From a virus: a stretch of DNA of 41,278 nt. The DNA lies in IMG/VR virus record IMGVR_UViG_3300048583_000035, positions 1 to 41,278 of that record, one strand, 5' to 3'. This document shows, piece after piece, positions 31,070-39,730 of the stretch. The translations under genes and the position numbers were made by a program. Position 1 is the stretch's first letter. Each line of letters begins with the position of its first letter. The notes under the pieces are model-generated. The model did no database searches and was not told where the DNA came from. It was given only the letters and a program-made list of their open reading frames with translations.

Positions 31070-31350
31070 CCAAGACCAAAACCCTGCTGTTTTGCCCGTA
31101 CACAAGCAGGCCGCGCCATCCAAACGATATTGCAAGTGACCCCGAGGGACTGCTAATCGTTGAAGACATTGCGGCGCCGACCTTGGCTGCAGCTAAGACC
31201 CCCGCCCAGCGCCAGGCCGAACGCAAGGCCCGCGAGCTTGCCGCAGGCCGTGTGCAGTGGAAGTGCTGGGTGCACCCCGACGACGTGGCATTGATGCGAG
31301 AGCACGCGGCCAAGCTGGCGCGTCGCAGGGAACGACAAGGAGTGAAGTGA
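31066..31350 (+). CDS. hypothetical protein (post-int operon, gene 3)
   Basis: 94 aa, with an ATGA overlap. Confidence 0.5.
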   Translation: MTKTKTLLFCPYTSRPRHPNDIASDPEGLLIVEDIAAPTLAAAKTPAQRQAERKARELAAGRVQWKCWVHPDDVALMREHAAKLARRRERQGVK

Positions 31351-31604
31351 TGTGGCAACCGATTGAGACGGCGCCGCGAGACGGCACACAGGTGTTGCTT
31401 TACGCGCCCGGCAGGTTGACCTATGGAGCGTGGTCAGAGCCATCTACTACGCCGCGCATCAAGTACCAAGATGGATTCGCTCCTGAGCCCGAATGGGACG
31501 AGTTTGAGCCGTACTGGGCAAGCTGGGATGGCGGGTTTACCGAAAAGGCGCCGCCGACCCACTGGATGCCGCTACCGCCGCCCCCAAGCGGCAACACGGC
31601 GTGA
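31350..31604 (+). CDS. DUF551-like protein
   Basis: 84 aa from ATG 31350 (TGATG overlap). MWQPIETAPRDGTQVLL.. and a C-terminal ..PTHWMPLPPPP. Confidence 0.6.
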   Translation: MWQPIETAPRDGTQVLLYAPGRLTYGAWSEPSTTPRIKYQDGFAPEPEWDEFEPYWASWDGGFTEKAPPTHWMPLPPPPSGNTA

Positions 31605-32080
31605 CCAAAATCGATACGCTGGCCGCGCTGTCATAGGTGCGCCGGAGACTGGCAGATAATGCCCATGCAAACGAAGAGCACCCTAACCCTAGGGATTGCG
31701 GCCATATAAATCAACAACTTGCGCACGTTTTCTCGACGGCGCCTGAGTACGAAGAATCAATAGGTTAGCGCACATGCGATACGCTGCGAATCAACGTCAA
31801 ACACGTTGCAGCCATAGGACAAGCCCGATGGGTGATGTGCCCCACTTTGCCCGGCTTGTGGCTGTTGCAGCCGCCCAGCATGCCCCGGAGGGTGAGCTTC
31901 GATTTCCACGGCGCCCGTTTCGTGGGCCAGACGATCATCACCTTGTTGCCGTGTTCCTGCGGTCCCGCTCAAAGGCCGCGCGCCGGGCTTGTCAGTACAG
32001 CGCATCCGCTTTGCTCGTCGGCCGCCACGGACATGGGCGCGCTGCTTTGCCACTTCGCGGACGGTACGCGGAAACGAGAA

Positions 32081-32155
32081 AGCCGTCAGGCTCGCCGCTT
32101 CCGTGGTACCAGCACGTTCCCGGTTGGCCCGGGTGAAGCAGCAAGCCTGACGGCT
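32081..32155. terminator. long hairpin between the convergent operons (possible bidirectional terminator or structured RNA/attP element)
   Basis: AGCCGTCAGGCT (32081-32092) pairs perfectly with AGCCTGACGGCT (32144-32155). Inner stems are GCTTC/GAAGC and CCCGG/CCGGG. T-rich flanks occur on both strands (ATTTTCT on plus, TTCTCGTTTCC on minus). Confidence 0.3.
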
Positions 32156-32267
32156 CGCAGATTTTCTGCCAATGCTGGTACCAGTGGCAAGACTGGATTT
32201 TATCACAGCACCACGTTTGTGGGGTGGCAAGATTGCAATAGGCGTGATAGGAACGCCAGAGCAGGCG

Positions 32268-32657
32268 TCAGCGGTTGCCCTCGGCGCCCTTGACCTTTTC
32301 AAACGTGCGCAACGCACCGAGCCCTAGCATGCCCATCAGCACCGGCATCATCTGCGTCATATCCGCAGGCGCCAGCGTGATCGGGTAGCCGGCCAGCGTC
32401 GCCACCATCTGCGAAACCGGCAGGCCGATCCAGTTCCAGCCGAACGCCGCAGCGCAGGCCCAGCCGACAGCAGGGCGCCATCCGGCCACGAAAAGCGACG
32501 TATGCGCCGCCTCGGCCTTGTTGACCTCTAGCTGACCCTGCACCAGCGCGACGGCCGCCGCAAGCTGCTCGCGCTCCTGCTCGCTCTTGTCGGGCCAGAT
32601 CTTGTTGATGACGGTGCCGGCAAGCTCCATGCCAGCGGATAGCGGGTTCAGGGGCAC
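32268..32657 (-). CDS. holin, 3-TM family
   Basis: GTG 32657 lies 6 nt after AAGGAG. N-terminus (V)PLNPLSAGMELAGTVINKIWPDKSEQEREQ.. is followed by three hydrophobic segments. The longer track start (32861) overlaps the upstream gene. Confidence 0.65.
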   Translation of the reverse strand: MPLNPLSAGMELAGTVINKIWPDKSEQEREQLAAAVALVQGQLEVNKAEAAHTSLFVAGWRPAVGWACAAAFGWNWIGLPVSQMVATLAGYPITLAPADMTQMMPVLMGMLGLGALRTFEKVKGAEGNR

Positions 32658-32748
32658 ATTGCTCTCCTTGGTAGGCCACGGCTCGCCGCCAATGGCAAGC
32701 ACCTTGCCGTGCTCGTCAAACTCAACGATGGTGTCGCGCCACACGGCG

Positions 32749-33183
32749 TCATTGCACGATGACCAGCTTCGCAATGGCGATGCCGACCAGCGCGACCGCA
32801 GCGAGGATGCCGCGTATCGCCCATGCCCGCGTTTCGACCACCGGCCCCATCTGCCGCTCAAGTTCGTGAACCCGGCCGCTGATGTCGAGCACGTCGCGGC
32901 GCAGCGACACGACTTCGCCGTCAGTGTGCTGCATCTTCATGTCGTGCTTCACAAGCACGGTCAGCGCGTCGCGCAGTTCGTTGACGCCATCGGCGACGCC
33001 TTCGACTTTCTCCTTGACGCTCTGCACCTGGCCCTTGATCTGGCCGACATCGCCGACCAGCGCGTCAATGCGCCGCGAGTCTGCGCCGGTCATGCCGGCC
33101 AGGACTTCGTGCTCGCGCGCCAGGTCGGCGACCGCGCGTTCAGCGTCGCGGCCTCGGATGATGCGGGGTTCGGTCACGATCAC
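32749..33183 (-). CDS. coiled-coil protein with C-terminal membrane anchor
   Basis: 144 aa. GTG 33183 overlaps the tailspike stop (GTGA). A heptad-rich centre is followed by the C-terminal TM segment ..WAIRGILAAVALVGIAIAKLVIVQ. Confidence 0.5.
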   Translation of the reverse strand: MIVTEPRIIRGRDAERAVADLAREHEVLAGMTGADSRRIDALVGDVGQIKGQVQSVKEKVEGVADGVNELRDALTVLVKHDMKMQHTDGEVVSLRRDVLDISGRVHELERQMGPVVETRAWAIRGILAAVALVGIAIAKLVIVQ

Positions 33184-35693
33184 TCCGCAGGCCAGAAGGT
33201 GACGAAGTAATCTCGACTGCCGCCCGTTCTGTTCTCGACGTACAAGAACGTGCCGTCGAAATGCAGATTCGTCTGCCCGTCCGTGCCCGTCGTGCCCACC
33301 GGCACGCTCGCCAAGCCGCCGACGCCAGTCGATGCGCCGAAGCTGGTAAGCGTTGCGCTGCCGTTCGTGATGGCTCCAAAGTACCGCGACGCCAGCGAGT
33401 TCTGTGCGTGCAACAGGATCACGATGTTGGTGCCGGCAAACGCCGTGCGAATACGGCCCGCCGTGTCGTCGTTCAGAAGCACCGTGCGCGTGACCGGACT
33501 GCCAACCGCTGACACCACGCTGACGGCAGCGTTAACGCTGACGCTTGGCCCGTAGCGCCTGACAGCCGTAGACGTGTCTGGCGTGTCAAGCGAGTTGCCT
33601 TCGTCGCGGAAGTTCTGAAGCTGCAGGCTAGGCGCGCTGGTGCCGATCAACCCGATGGGCGCGCTGACAGAGTTGGGACGCACGCCGATGGTGTTGTTGC
33701 GCAGCGAAAGGTCAGCCAGCACCTCGGCCGTCGCAGCATCGACATAGACGAAGTAACGATTGATTTCGCGGACTTCGTTGCTTTCGATCAGTATCGAGCC
33801 GCGATCCCATGTGCTCTGAATGCTGACGAAGTATTGCGCCTGCTTGTTGAAGATGTTGCTTGCCTCGAACGAGTTCCGCTCTACGCCATCGGCCGCGCCG
33901 TCATATGGCGGACCCTCTTGGAACAGGCTCCGATACGTGTTGCCGCGAATCGTGACGTTGGCGCCGAAGGCAAGGTCAACGCACGACGTGGTAAACCTTC
34001 CGTAGAAGAAATTGCCGATGACCATCTCGTCACGCCCGCGCAGGTTAATGCCGCGCTCGGTGTTGGCGATGATGTTGTTGCGGTACAGCGTGCCGCGTCC
34101 AGTGCCGTGGCTACCCATGCCGAAGTTGCTGACGACACCCTCGGGCGTGTAGAGCGCCGCGTCTTCCTGCACGCCGCCGCCCATGATTTCGTTGCGCTCG
34201 ATGATGGCGAAGCTGGTCGGCGTGCTGCCCGACACGTCGATGCCGCGACGACAGCCCCAGATTTGCGAGTCATAGACGCGGGGGAAGGTGCAGTTAGCGA
34301 ACTGCACGCCGTAGCCCGTCGTCGTGTCGTTGGCGCGAGAGATGCGCAGGTTTCGCAGTTCGGGCCGGTAGCTGGTCGTGCAGATGACGCCAGCAGCCAT
34401 GCCGCTATCGACTTGCAAGTTTTCGCCGATGAATCCGAGGGTCTGACTGATGCGGATGCCGAAGCTGTTTGAGTTCGCAGTCTGCGACCGCTGCACCCGA
34501 ATGTTGCTCATCCGCACCTCGATAGGCTGCAGCGCGGTGACGGTGACAGCCTCCAGGCCATCGCCGAAGGAGTCGTCAAGCACGTCATAGCCGTCCATCA
34601 ATGGCGCATCAAGCGTAAGCGTGTTGCCGGAGATTGAGCGGACAAGGTGCAGTTCGCCCTTGAACAGTTGCGGGAAGCGGTAAACGCTGGTCGCGTCCGG
34701 CGCCGTCTTCCAAGGCGTTGACATCGTGGCAACGCGGGTGCCGCTGTTGTACGACTGCACGACGCGCGCCTGGCCAGCGCCTGTGCCGCTGGTGATCGTT
34801 ACCGCCATGCCGACAAAGCCGGTAAACGTGGTGCCGACCTTGAGCGTGATCGTGGACGCGCCGCCAGCCGTTGCCGTGCCAGTGGCGTCCGAGCTTGGCG
34901 TGATGCCGCTGGTTTCGCGCGGATCGTGATACCAAGCCTTCGTAGACTGCAGCGACACCAGCATGCCGGGCGTGATGTTTGTAACGCTGGCGACGGTGAT
35001 CTTGTTGAAGCCGATAGGCGCGTTGACGGTCAGCGTCGTGGTCGCCGCGCTGGTCAGACCGCCGCCGATGTCGATGGCGTTGCTGCCGGTCGGCGAGGTG
35101 TAGAGCGCCGAGATGATTGCCGCATCGGCGCCGGTCGTGCCCACCGTGATACTGCCGTCGATCTGCAGTTCCGAGGCGATGGAATACGTGGCGGCGCTGG
35201 TCAGTAGCAGCGTCTTGCCGTAAGCCGCGTTGATGGCCTCTTGTAGCGTCGTGAAGTCATCGGCGTACACCACGCGCTGCAGCACCGTATTTACCGTGCG
35301 AGCGATCGCGCCAGTGCCGACCGGCATGTAGCCGATGAGGTTCGCGCCGCTCGACGGGTTTGCAGCCGTGGCGAGGTCGGTCTTGAAGCCGCTAAGCACA
35401 TTCCAGTCGGCGCTGGTGGCAGCGTAAACCACCGTCTTGCCCTGGCTGTCGCGCACCATCAGCGAATAGTTGCTGTCGGCGTACACGTGCGCCGGAGTGC
35501 CTGCGCGCGAGGCATAGCCGTTGATCGTGCGCACCGGCTGCGCCGCAGGCTGGGTGCCGGCAGCGTCCCAATAGACCGTGATCGGCGCCGTCTCCGGGTT
35601 GCCACCGGCAACGCCGAAATACAGGTAGCCGCCTTGCAGCGGGTCGCCTGCGAGGTCGAAATACTGCGGAAATGGGGCGTCGGTGACGAGCAT
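33180..35693 (-). CDS. tailspike with right-handed beta-helix (pectate-lyase-fold depolymerase candidate)
   Basis: 837 aa from ATG 35693. N-terminus MLVTDAPFPQYFDLAGDPLQGGYLYFG... Repeated beta-helix rungs are visible (..IWGCRRGIDVSG.., ..NNIIANTERGINLRGRDEMVIGN..). It is the last structural gene, as P22 gene 9 is. Confidence 0.7.
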   Translation of the reverse strand: MLVTDAPFPQYFDLAGDPLQGGYLYFGVAGGNPETAPITVYWDAAGTQPAAQPVRTINGYASRAGTPAHVYADSNYSLMVRDSQGKTVVYAATSADWNVLSGFKTDLATAANPSSGANLIGYMPVGTGAIARTVNTVLQRVVYADDFTTLQEAINAAYGKTLLLTSAATYSIASELQIDGSITVGTTGADAAIISALYTSPTGSNAIDIGGGLTSAATTTLTVNAPIGFNKITVASVTNITPGMLVSLQSTKAWYHDPRETSGITPSSDATGTATAGGASTITLKVGTTFTGFVGMAVTITSGTGAGQARVVQSYNSGTRVATMSTPWKTAPDATSVYRFPQLFKGELHLVRSISGNTLTLDAPLMDGYDVLDDSFGDGLEAVTVTALQPIEVRMSNIRVQRSQTANSNSFGIRISQTLGFIGENLQVDSGMAAGVICTTSYRPELRNLRISRANDTTTGYGVQFANCTFPRVYDSQIWGCRRGIDVSGSTPTSFAIIERNEIMGGGVQEDAALYTPEGVVSNFGMGSHGTGRGTLYRNNIIANTERGINLRGRDEMVIGNFFYGRFTTSCVDLAFGANVTIRGNTYRSLFQEGPPYDGAADGVERNSFEASNIFNKQAQYFVSIQSTWDRGSILIESNEVREINRYFVYVDAATAEVLADLSLRNNTIGVRPNSVSAPIGLIGTSAPSLQLQNFRDEGNSLDTPDTSTAVRRYGPSVSVNAAVSVVSAVGSPVTRTVLLNDDTAGRIRTAFAGTNIVILLHAQNSLASRYFGAITNGSATLTSFGASTGVGGLASVPVGTTGTDGQTNLHFDGTFLYVENRTGGSRDYFVTFWPAE

Positions 35694-35720
35694 GGGCGGG
35701 CCTTGTGCTATGTTTCGGGC

Positions 35721-35837
35721 ATGACGTACATCGAAGCCAAGCTGGCGTGGTTCTTCTTCATGGTCTTGCTGGCGTTCGTGTGGGGCATCTTTTGCGGCCT
35801 GACGGGGCGCGACCTCAAGGGCCGGAAGATCCAGTGA
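35721..35837 (+). CDS. 38-aa hydrophobic peptide encoded antisense between late genes
   Basis: MTYIEAKLAWFFFMVLLAFVWGIFCGLTGRDLKGRKIQ. G/C occupies the third position in about 35 of 38 codons. It fills the otherwise unexplained 121-nt gap and overlaps the 3' end of gene 35815..37485 by 23 nt. Confidence 0.45.
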   Translation: MTYIEAKLAWFFFMVLLAFVWGIFCGLTGRDLKGRKIQ

Positions 35838-37485
35838 CCGGCGCCGCTCGGTAGCCAAGCCCCGCGGCAACGTCTAGTGGCAGCCGGTTGAGAGCGCCCG
35901 GCGTCTGCAGCAATCTCGCCTGCACAAGCGGAGACAGCGCCGTTGCTCGCGCAGCAGGCCGGGCCACGACCGCGCCGAATGCCAGCGGGTTCTGTGTGAT
36001 GGCCGACAGACCGGCACCAGCGAACCAGTCGAGCGGGCTCATCTGCGGCAGGCTGCCCATTACTTCGGGCGTCTGCGCCGCCTTCGGGAACGTGTCCGCA
36101 AAGCTGGCCGCAGTGCGCAACTCGCCTGTCAGCGGCTTGCCCTTCTGCAGTTCCTTGGCAAGCACGCGGGCATCGACGGTCCCAGATGCCGCGTTTAGCG
36201 CCTTCTCGACGGTGTAGGTCTTGGCAATCAGCTTGCGCGACTCGCGGAAGCCGTGCAAAAGTTGCTGCTGACCACTCGCTGCCAAATGCGCCTCTAGCGC
36301 ATCTTCTAGCGCCGTTGATGCCGCCTTGGCTGCGCGTCCCAGGTCTTTTGACCCGCCTCTGAAAGCGTCATCTGCCGCCGACCGTAGCTCGCTGATCTTG
36401 GCAACCGCCGAAGCGGCGTCAAACGCGGGAGAGCGCAGCGAGTCAATCAGTTCAATGACCGGGCTAGGCTTGGCGCCCGGGAAACCCTGCGCAGCCTTCA
36501 AAGCCGGCGCCGCGATGCGGTCAAGCGCATTCGTATACGCCTGCCCCGGGATGACAGTGCCGGCGCTGCCGACCGCCTCATACGCCTGCCCTGCAGCCTG
36601 CCGCACTGACTGCAACACTTCGGGCGTGATCTGCGCGCCCGCTGGCAGCCCCAGCGCTTTGGATGCAAGCCGGTTTGTCACGGCCTGATTGCGCGCGCTG
36701 GCGTTTTGTGCCGTCGTGATTTTCCCGGCAGTGCCTTCAAGCACGCGATTTGTCAGAGACGCTTTTGCCTGCGTCGGAGGAATGACGTAGCCGGCTTCGC
36801 GCGCAGCTTTGATCGCTGCGGCTAGTTCGGGTGACTGCAGCGGGCCGCGCACGACGTTTCCGACCGCCTGGCCAGCTTTGCCAGCCACCGCCATAGCGCC
36901 CGGCAGCGCCGCACCGATGGCGGCGCCAGACCCCATGCTGGCAGGATCAACCAATCCGGCAGCGGTTGCGCCGGTCAGAGCGCCGCCAGCCGACCGTGCC
37001 GCAAGCCCGGCCGCGCCAGTTACACCGCCGGCCGACATCCCGGCAGTGCGCACAGCTTCAATGACGGGCGCCGCCACACCAGCGGCGCCAGGGATGCGGG
37101 CTGCTGCGTTTGCCAGCGCGCCGCCAACCCCGAGCGTGCCGGCAACTTCTGTTGCCAGCTTGCCGCCTTGGTAGGCTACGGAGGACGGGTCGGCGCCTGT
37201 CAGGCTCACAAGCCCTGCATCGATGTCGGCGCGGCGCTGTCGATTAGATTCCAGCGACAAGCCCTTGCCCGCCAGCGCGTCCGATGCAATGTCGAAGGGA
37301 GACAGCAGCGTTGCGCCGATGCTGCCAGCGCCGCGAACTGCTCCGGCAGCAAGGTTCACGGCCTGCTGTCCCGCGCGCTCAGAGAAGGATGGCAGGACAG
37401 CCTGAGTGTCGATGTCAAAGCCTTCTGGCAGCGCGGGCGCAGCGCCGTCAAGCACAAAGCCGGGCGGAAGTGCTGGCGTCGTCAT
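35815..37485 (-). CDS. internal virion / ejection protein (P22 gp16-sized)
   Basis: 556 aa from ATG 37485 (ATGA overlap), Ala/Gly-rich. It is third in a series of 234/477/556 aa that mirrors P22 gp7/gp20/gp16 sizes. Confidence 0.5.
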   Translation of the reverse strand: MTTPALPPGFVLDGAAPALPEGFDIDTQAVLPSFSERAGQQAVNLAAGAVRGAGSIGATLLSPFDIASDALAGKGLSLESNRQRRADIDAGLVSLTGADPSSVAYQGGKLATEVAGTLGVGGALANAAARIPGAAGVAAPVIEAVRTAGMSAGGVTGAAGLAARSAGGALTGATAAGLVDPASMGSGAAIGAALPGAMAVAGKAGQAVGNVVRGPLQSPELAAAIKAAREAGYVIPPTQAKASLTNRVLEGTAGKITTAQNASARNQAVTNRLASKALGLPAGAQITPEVLQSVRQAAGQAYEAVGSAGTVIPGQAYTNALDRIAAPALKAAQGFPGAKPSPVIELIDSLRSPAFDAASAVAKISELRSAADDAFRGGSKDLGRAAKAASTALEDALEAHLAASGQQQLLHGFRESRKLIAKTYTVEKALNAASGTVDARVLAKELQKGKPLTGELRTAASFADTFPKAAQTPEVMGSLPQMSPLDWFAGAGLSAITQNPLAFGAVVARPAARATALSPLVQARLLQTPGALNRLPLDVAAGLGYRAAPVTGSSGP

Positions 37486-38915
37486 TTCAGCGGCACCCAT
37501 TTGCCATCACGAAGCACAAGGCGTTCGCCAGTCTTCGGGTTTGTTGCGGTTGGCTCTGCAACTGGCGCAGGTTTTTCAGGCTCGGCCGGCTCCTGCAATT
37601 TGCTGCTGATCTGCGACGCCAAGGCTTCAAACTTCATACCGGGCTGCACCGGAATTCCAGCAACCGTTGCGGGAGCTTTAGCTGCCGACATGCCGCCAAA
37701 CTCAGACACCCATTCGGCTTTAGCCGACGAGACTTCGGCGTCTATGCGACTCATCTTTGCCATGCCGCGCAGGAATGAGGCAATGGCCTGCCCTGATGCG
37801 TTTTCGCTTGGCATGCCGCGCAAAGCCAGTTCAATGTCTCGGTCTGTTGCCGGCCCAGGAGGCAAAGACTTGATTGCCATGCTGTTGCGCAGGCGCACGT
37901 ATTCGGCGCGCATCAGCGACATCTGATCTTGGCTGCCTGTAGCCCGTTTGAGCATTTCGGCGCCGGCCGAAAGAGCGCCCCAGCCGGCTCCGCTAGTCTC
38001 GAATCGAGTTGCCAGAGCGTCCATCCCGGATGCAGCTTGTGCGGCAATCGCAGATGCCGTGACGGCCTCATCAACGGTCTTCTTTGCGGCCGGGTCTAGC
38101 TTGGTTTTCTGCAGCGCGCTTAGCTTTTCTGCAATGTCGGCGCTTAGCTTTTGCTCATCAAGCACCAAGCGTTTAGCGCGGTTGTCGATTTGGTCGTTGA
38201 TGTTTCTGATCTCTGCGCGAGAGCGCTGCACGTTCAGCCGAGCCAGTTCACCGGCAAACGCCGCTTCCGTTTGCTCTTTAGTCAACTTGGCCGCCGCCAT
38301 CGCTGGCGCGTTTTCTGCCGTCACCTGCGCCGTCGTCGCATCGGCACCAGCCTTGGCAACAACGGCCGGCTGTAGCTCGGCTTTCCGCTTCTCGTCGAAG
38401 AGCTTCAGGATGCCTTCCGACACCTTGTCGCCGCCCGGAATGGCGTTCATGGCGACGACGGTCGAAGACAGCAGCGAGGTCGGGTCAGTCTCTGCCCACG
38501 TCGCGGAAGCCTCGGCCGCCGCCGCGCCTTTCTCGTCACCGCTGGCGCGCAAAGCCTCTGCGCGCGTGCGCAGTGCCTTGATGGCGACATCCGGCCGCCC
38601 TGACGCCAGCGCAGACGCGACCTCGGCGCCGTGCTGAAGTTGCCCGCGCTGCTCGTCGGCATTCATTGACTCAAACCCGACCTTGAGCTTTTCGGCAAGC
38701 TGCGGGTAACGCACCATCAGGCCGGGAATCTTGCGCGGGTCGCTGGATGCCTCGGCTAGCTCCGCCTGCATCCGCTGCTGCGCTTCCATCTGCTGCTGCT
38801 GCTGCATCCGCAGCGCGTCGGCCTGCTGCTGCGCCTGGCCCTGCTGCAAGCCCTGCAGGAACGTGTCGGCAGGGTTCGGGATGTTCCCGAGCGTGTAGTT
38901 GTACGGAGCCACCAT
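37482..38915 (-). CDS. internal virion / ejection protein (P22 gp20-sized)
   Basis: 477 aa, Gln/Ala/Glu-rich coiled coil. TGATG overlap with the upstream gene. Confidence 0.5.
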   Translation of the reverse strand: MVAPYNYTLGNIPNPADTFLQGLQQGQAQQQADALRMQQQQQMEAQQRMQAELAEASSDPRKIPGLMVRYPQLAEKLKVGFESMNADEQRGQLQHGAEVASALASGRPDVAIKALRTRAEALRASGDEKGAAAAEASATWAETDPTSLLSSTVVAMNAIPGGDKVSEGILKLFDEKRKAELQPAVVAKAGADATTAQVTAENAPAMAAAKLTKEQTEAAFAGELARLNVQRSRAEIRNINDQIDNRAKRLVLDEQKLSADIAEKLSALQKTKLDPAAKKTVDEAVTASAIAAQAASGMDALATRFETSGAGWGALSAGAEMLKRATGSQDQMSLMRAEYVRLRNSMAIKSLPPGPATDRDIELALRGMPSENASGQAIASFLRGMAKMSRIDAEVSSAKAEWVSEFGGMSAAKAPATVAGIPVQPGMKFEALASQISSKLQEPAEPEKPAPVAEPTATNPKTGERLVLRDGKWVPLK

Positions 38916-39619
38916 CAGATGCCCCCCGTAAGGAAATTGCCTTGTATCGGGGTGCCGCCGAACTGGATTCCAGGCCCGCCGAGTGCCGATGGCGTGCCGA
39001 GCGTTGGCTGTCCCCCGATGTAGCGACCAAAGGCGCCCGTCAGGCTCCCCAGACTGCTATTGATGGCCGCACCCTGCGCCAGCGCGTTGCCAGCCTGCGC
39101 AGCGCCCATCTGCCCGTACAGGTTGCCGATGTTCGTGCCGGTCTGCATGCCGGCATTGCCGACGCCTGCAGCCGCGTTTGCGCCTATGCTGGTCAGCCCG
39201 CCCAGCCGCGCGAACTGCTGATCGATAAGCGCCGACAGCAGTTGCGGCCGAAACTGCGCCAATGCGCCCTGCGTGTTGCCACCGCGCAGCCCGCCCGTCG
39301 CGCTGGCGTTCTGGAGAATGCTGTTTTCGCCCTGCTGCATCAGCGCCGCGAACTGCGGTGAACGCTGAATGTTTGCAATAGCGCTGCGCTGCTGCGCTGC
39401 ACCGTCAAGGCCGAGGATGTCTTCTTGCGCATCCAGTGCGCCAGTGCCGGCAGTGACGTAAGGCCGCAGCAGCTTCTGAAGCGCGGCGAACTGCCGCTCT
39501 TGCGCTGCGATGCCGGCGTTTGCGCTTGCAGTCTGCGCGTTCGATGCCCTGCTGGCAGAGCGAGACTGCACGAGGCCGCCGAGTAGCGAACCTCCGATGC
39601 TTGCCACCAATCCCCACAT
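38915..39619 (-). CDS. internal virion / ejection protein (P22 gp7-sized)
   Basis: 234 aa, Gly/Ala/Gln/Asn-rich, with an AAGGGAG SD. Confidence 0.5.
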   Translation of the reverse strand: MWGLVASIGGSLLGGLVQSRSASRASNAQTASANAGIAAQERQFAALQKLLRPYVTAGTGALDAQEDILGLDGAAQQRSAIANIQRSPQFAALMQQGENSILQNASATGGLRGGNTQGALAQFRPQLLSALIDQQFARLGGLTSIGANAAAGVGNAGMQTGTNIGNLYGQMGAAQAGNALAQGAAINSSLGSLTGAFGRYIGGQPTLGTPSALGGPGIQFGGTPIQGNFLTGGI

Positions 39620-39730
39620 AACTCGCGCTCCCTTGTCGGGGTGTTGCGAGCTGCTGGCGGCTCAGTGACTCAGCGGCCGGGCAAATGGCCCGGCGAGTGC
39701 GCGCATTGTAGGGGCGCGCGGCCCGTGGTG

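Noticed and set aside
31681-31694. The telomere-like tandem CCCTAA-CCCTAG.
   Set aside because: There are only two units in a circular phage genome. It is more simply a box-like palindrome or chance.
30467-32267. A tRNA or tmRNA fragment marking attP.
   Set aside because: No T-loop-like GGTTCRANYCC motif or cloverleaf-compatible segment was found by eye. This needs tRNAscan or BLAST to settle.
31757-32317. The 186-aa minus-strand ORF downstream of the holin, considered as the missing endolysin.
   Set aside because: Its Arg/Ala/Gly/Thr-rich composition has no catalytic motifs, and it overlaps the holin 3' end in another frame.
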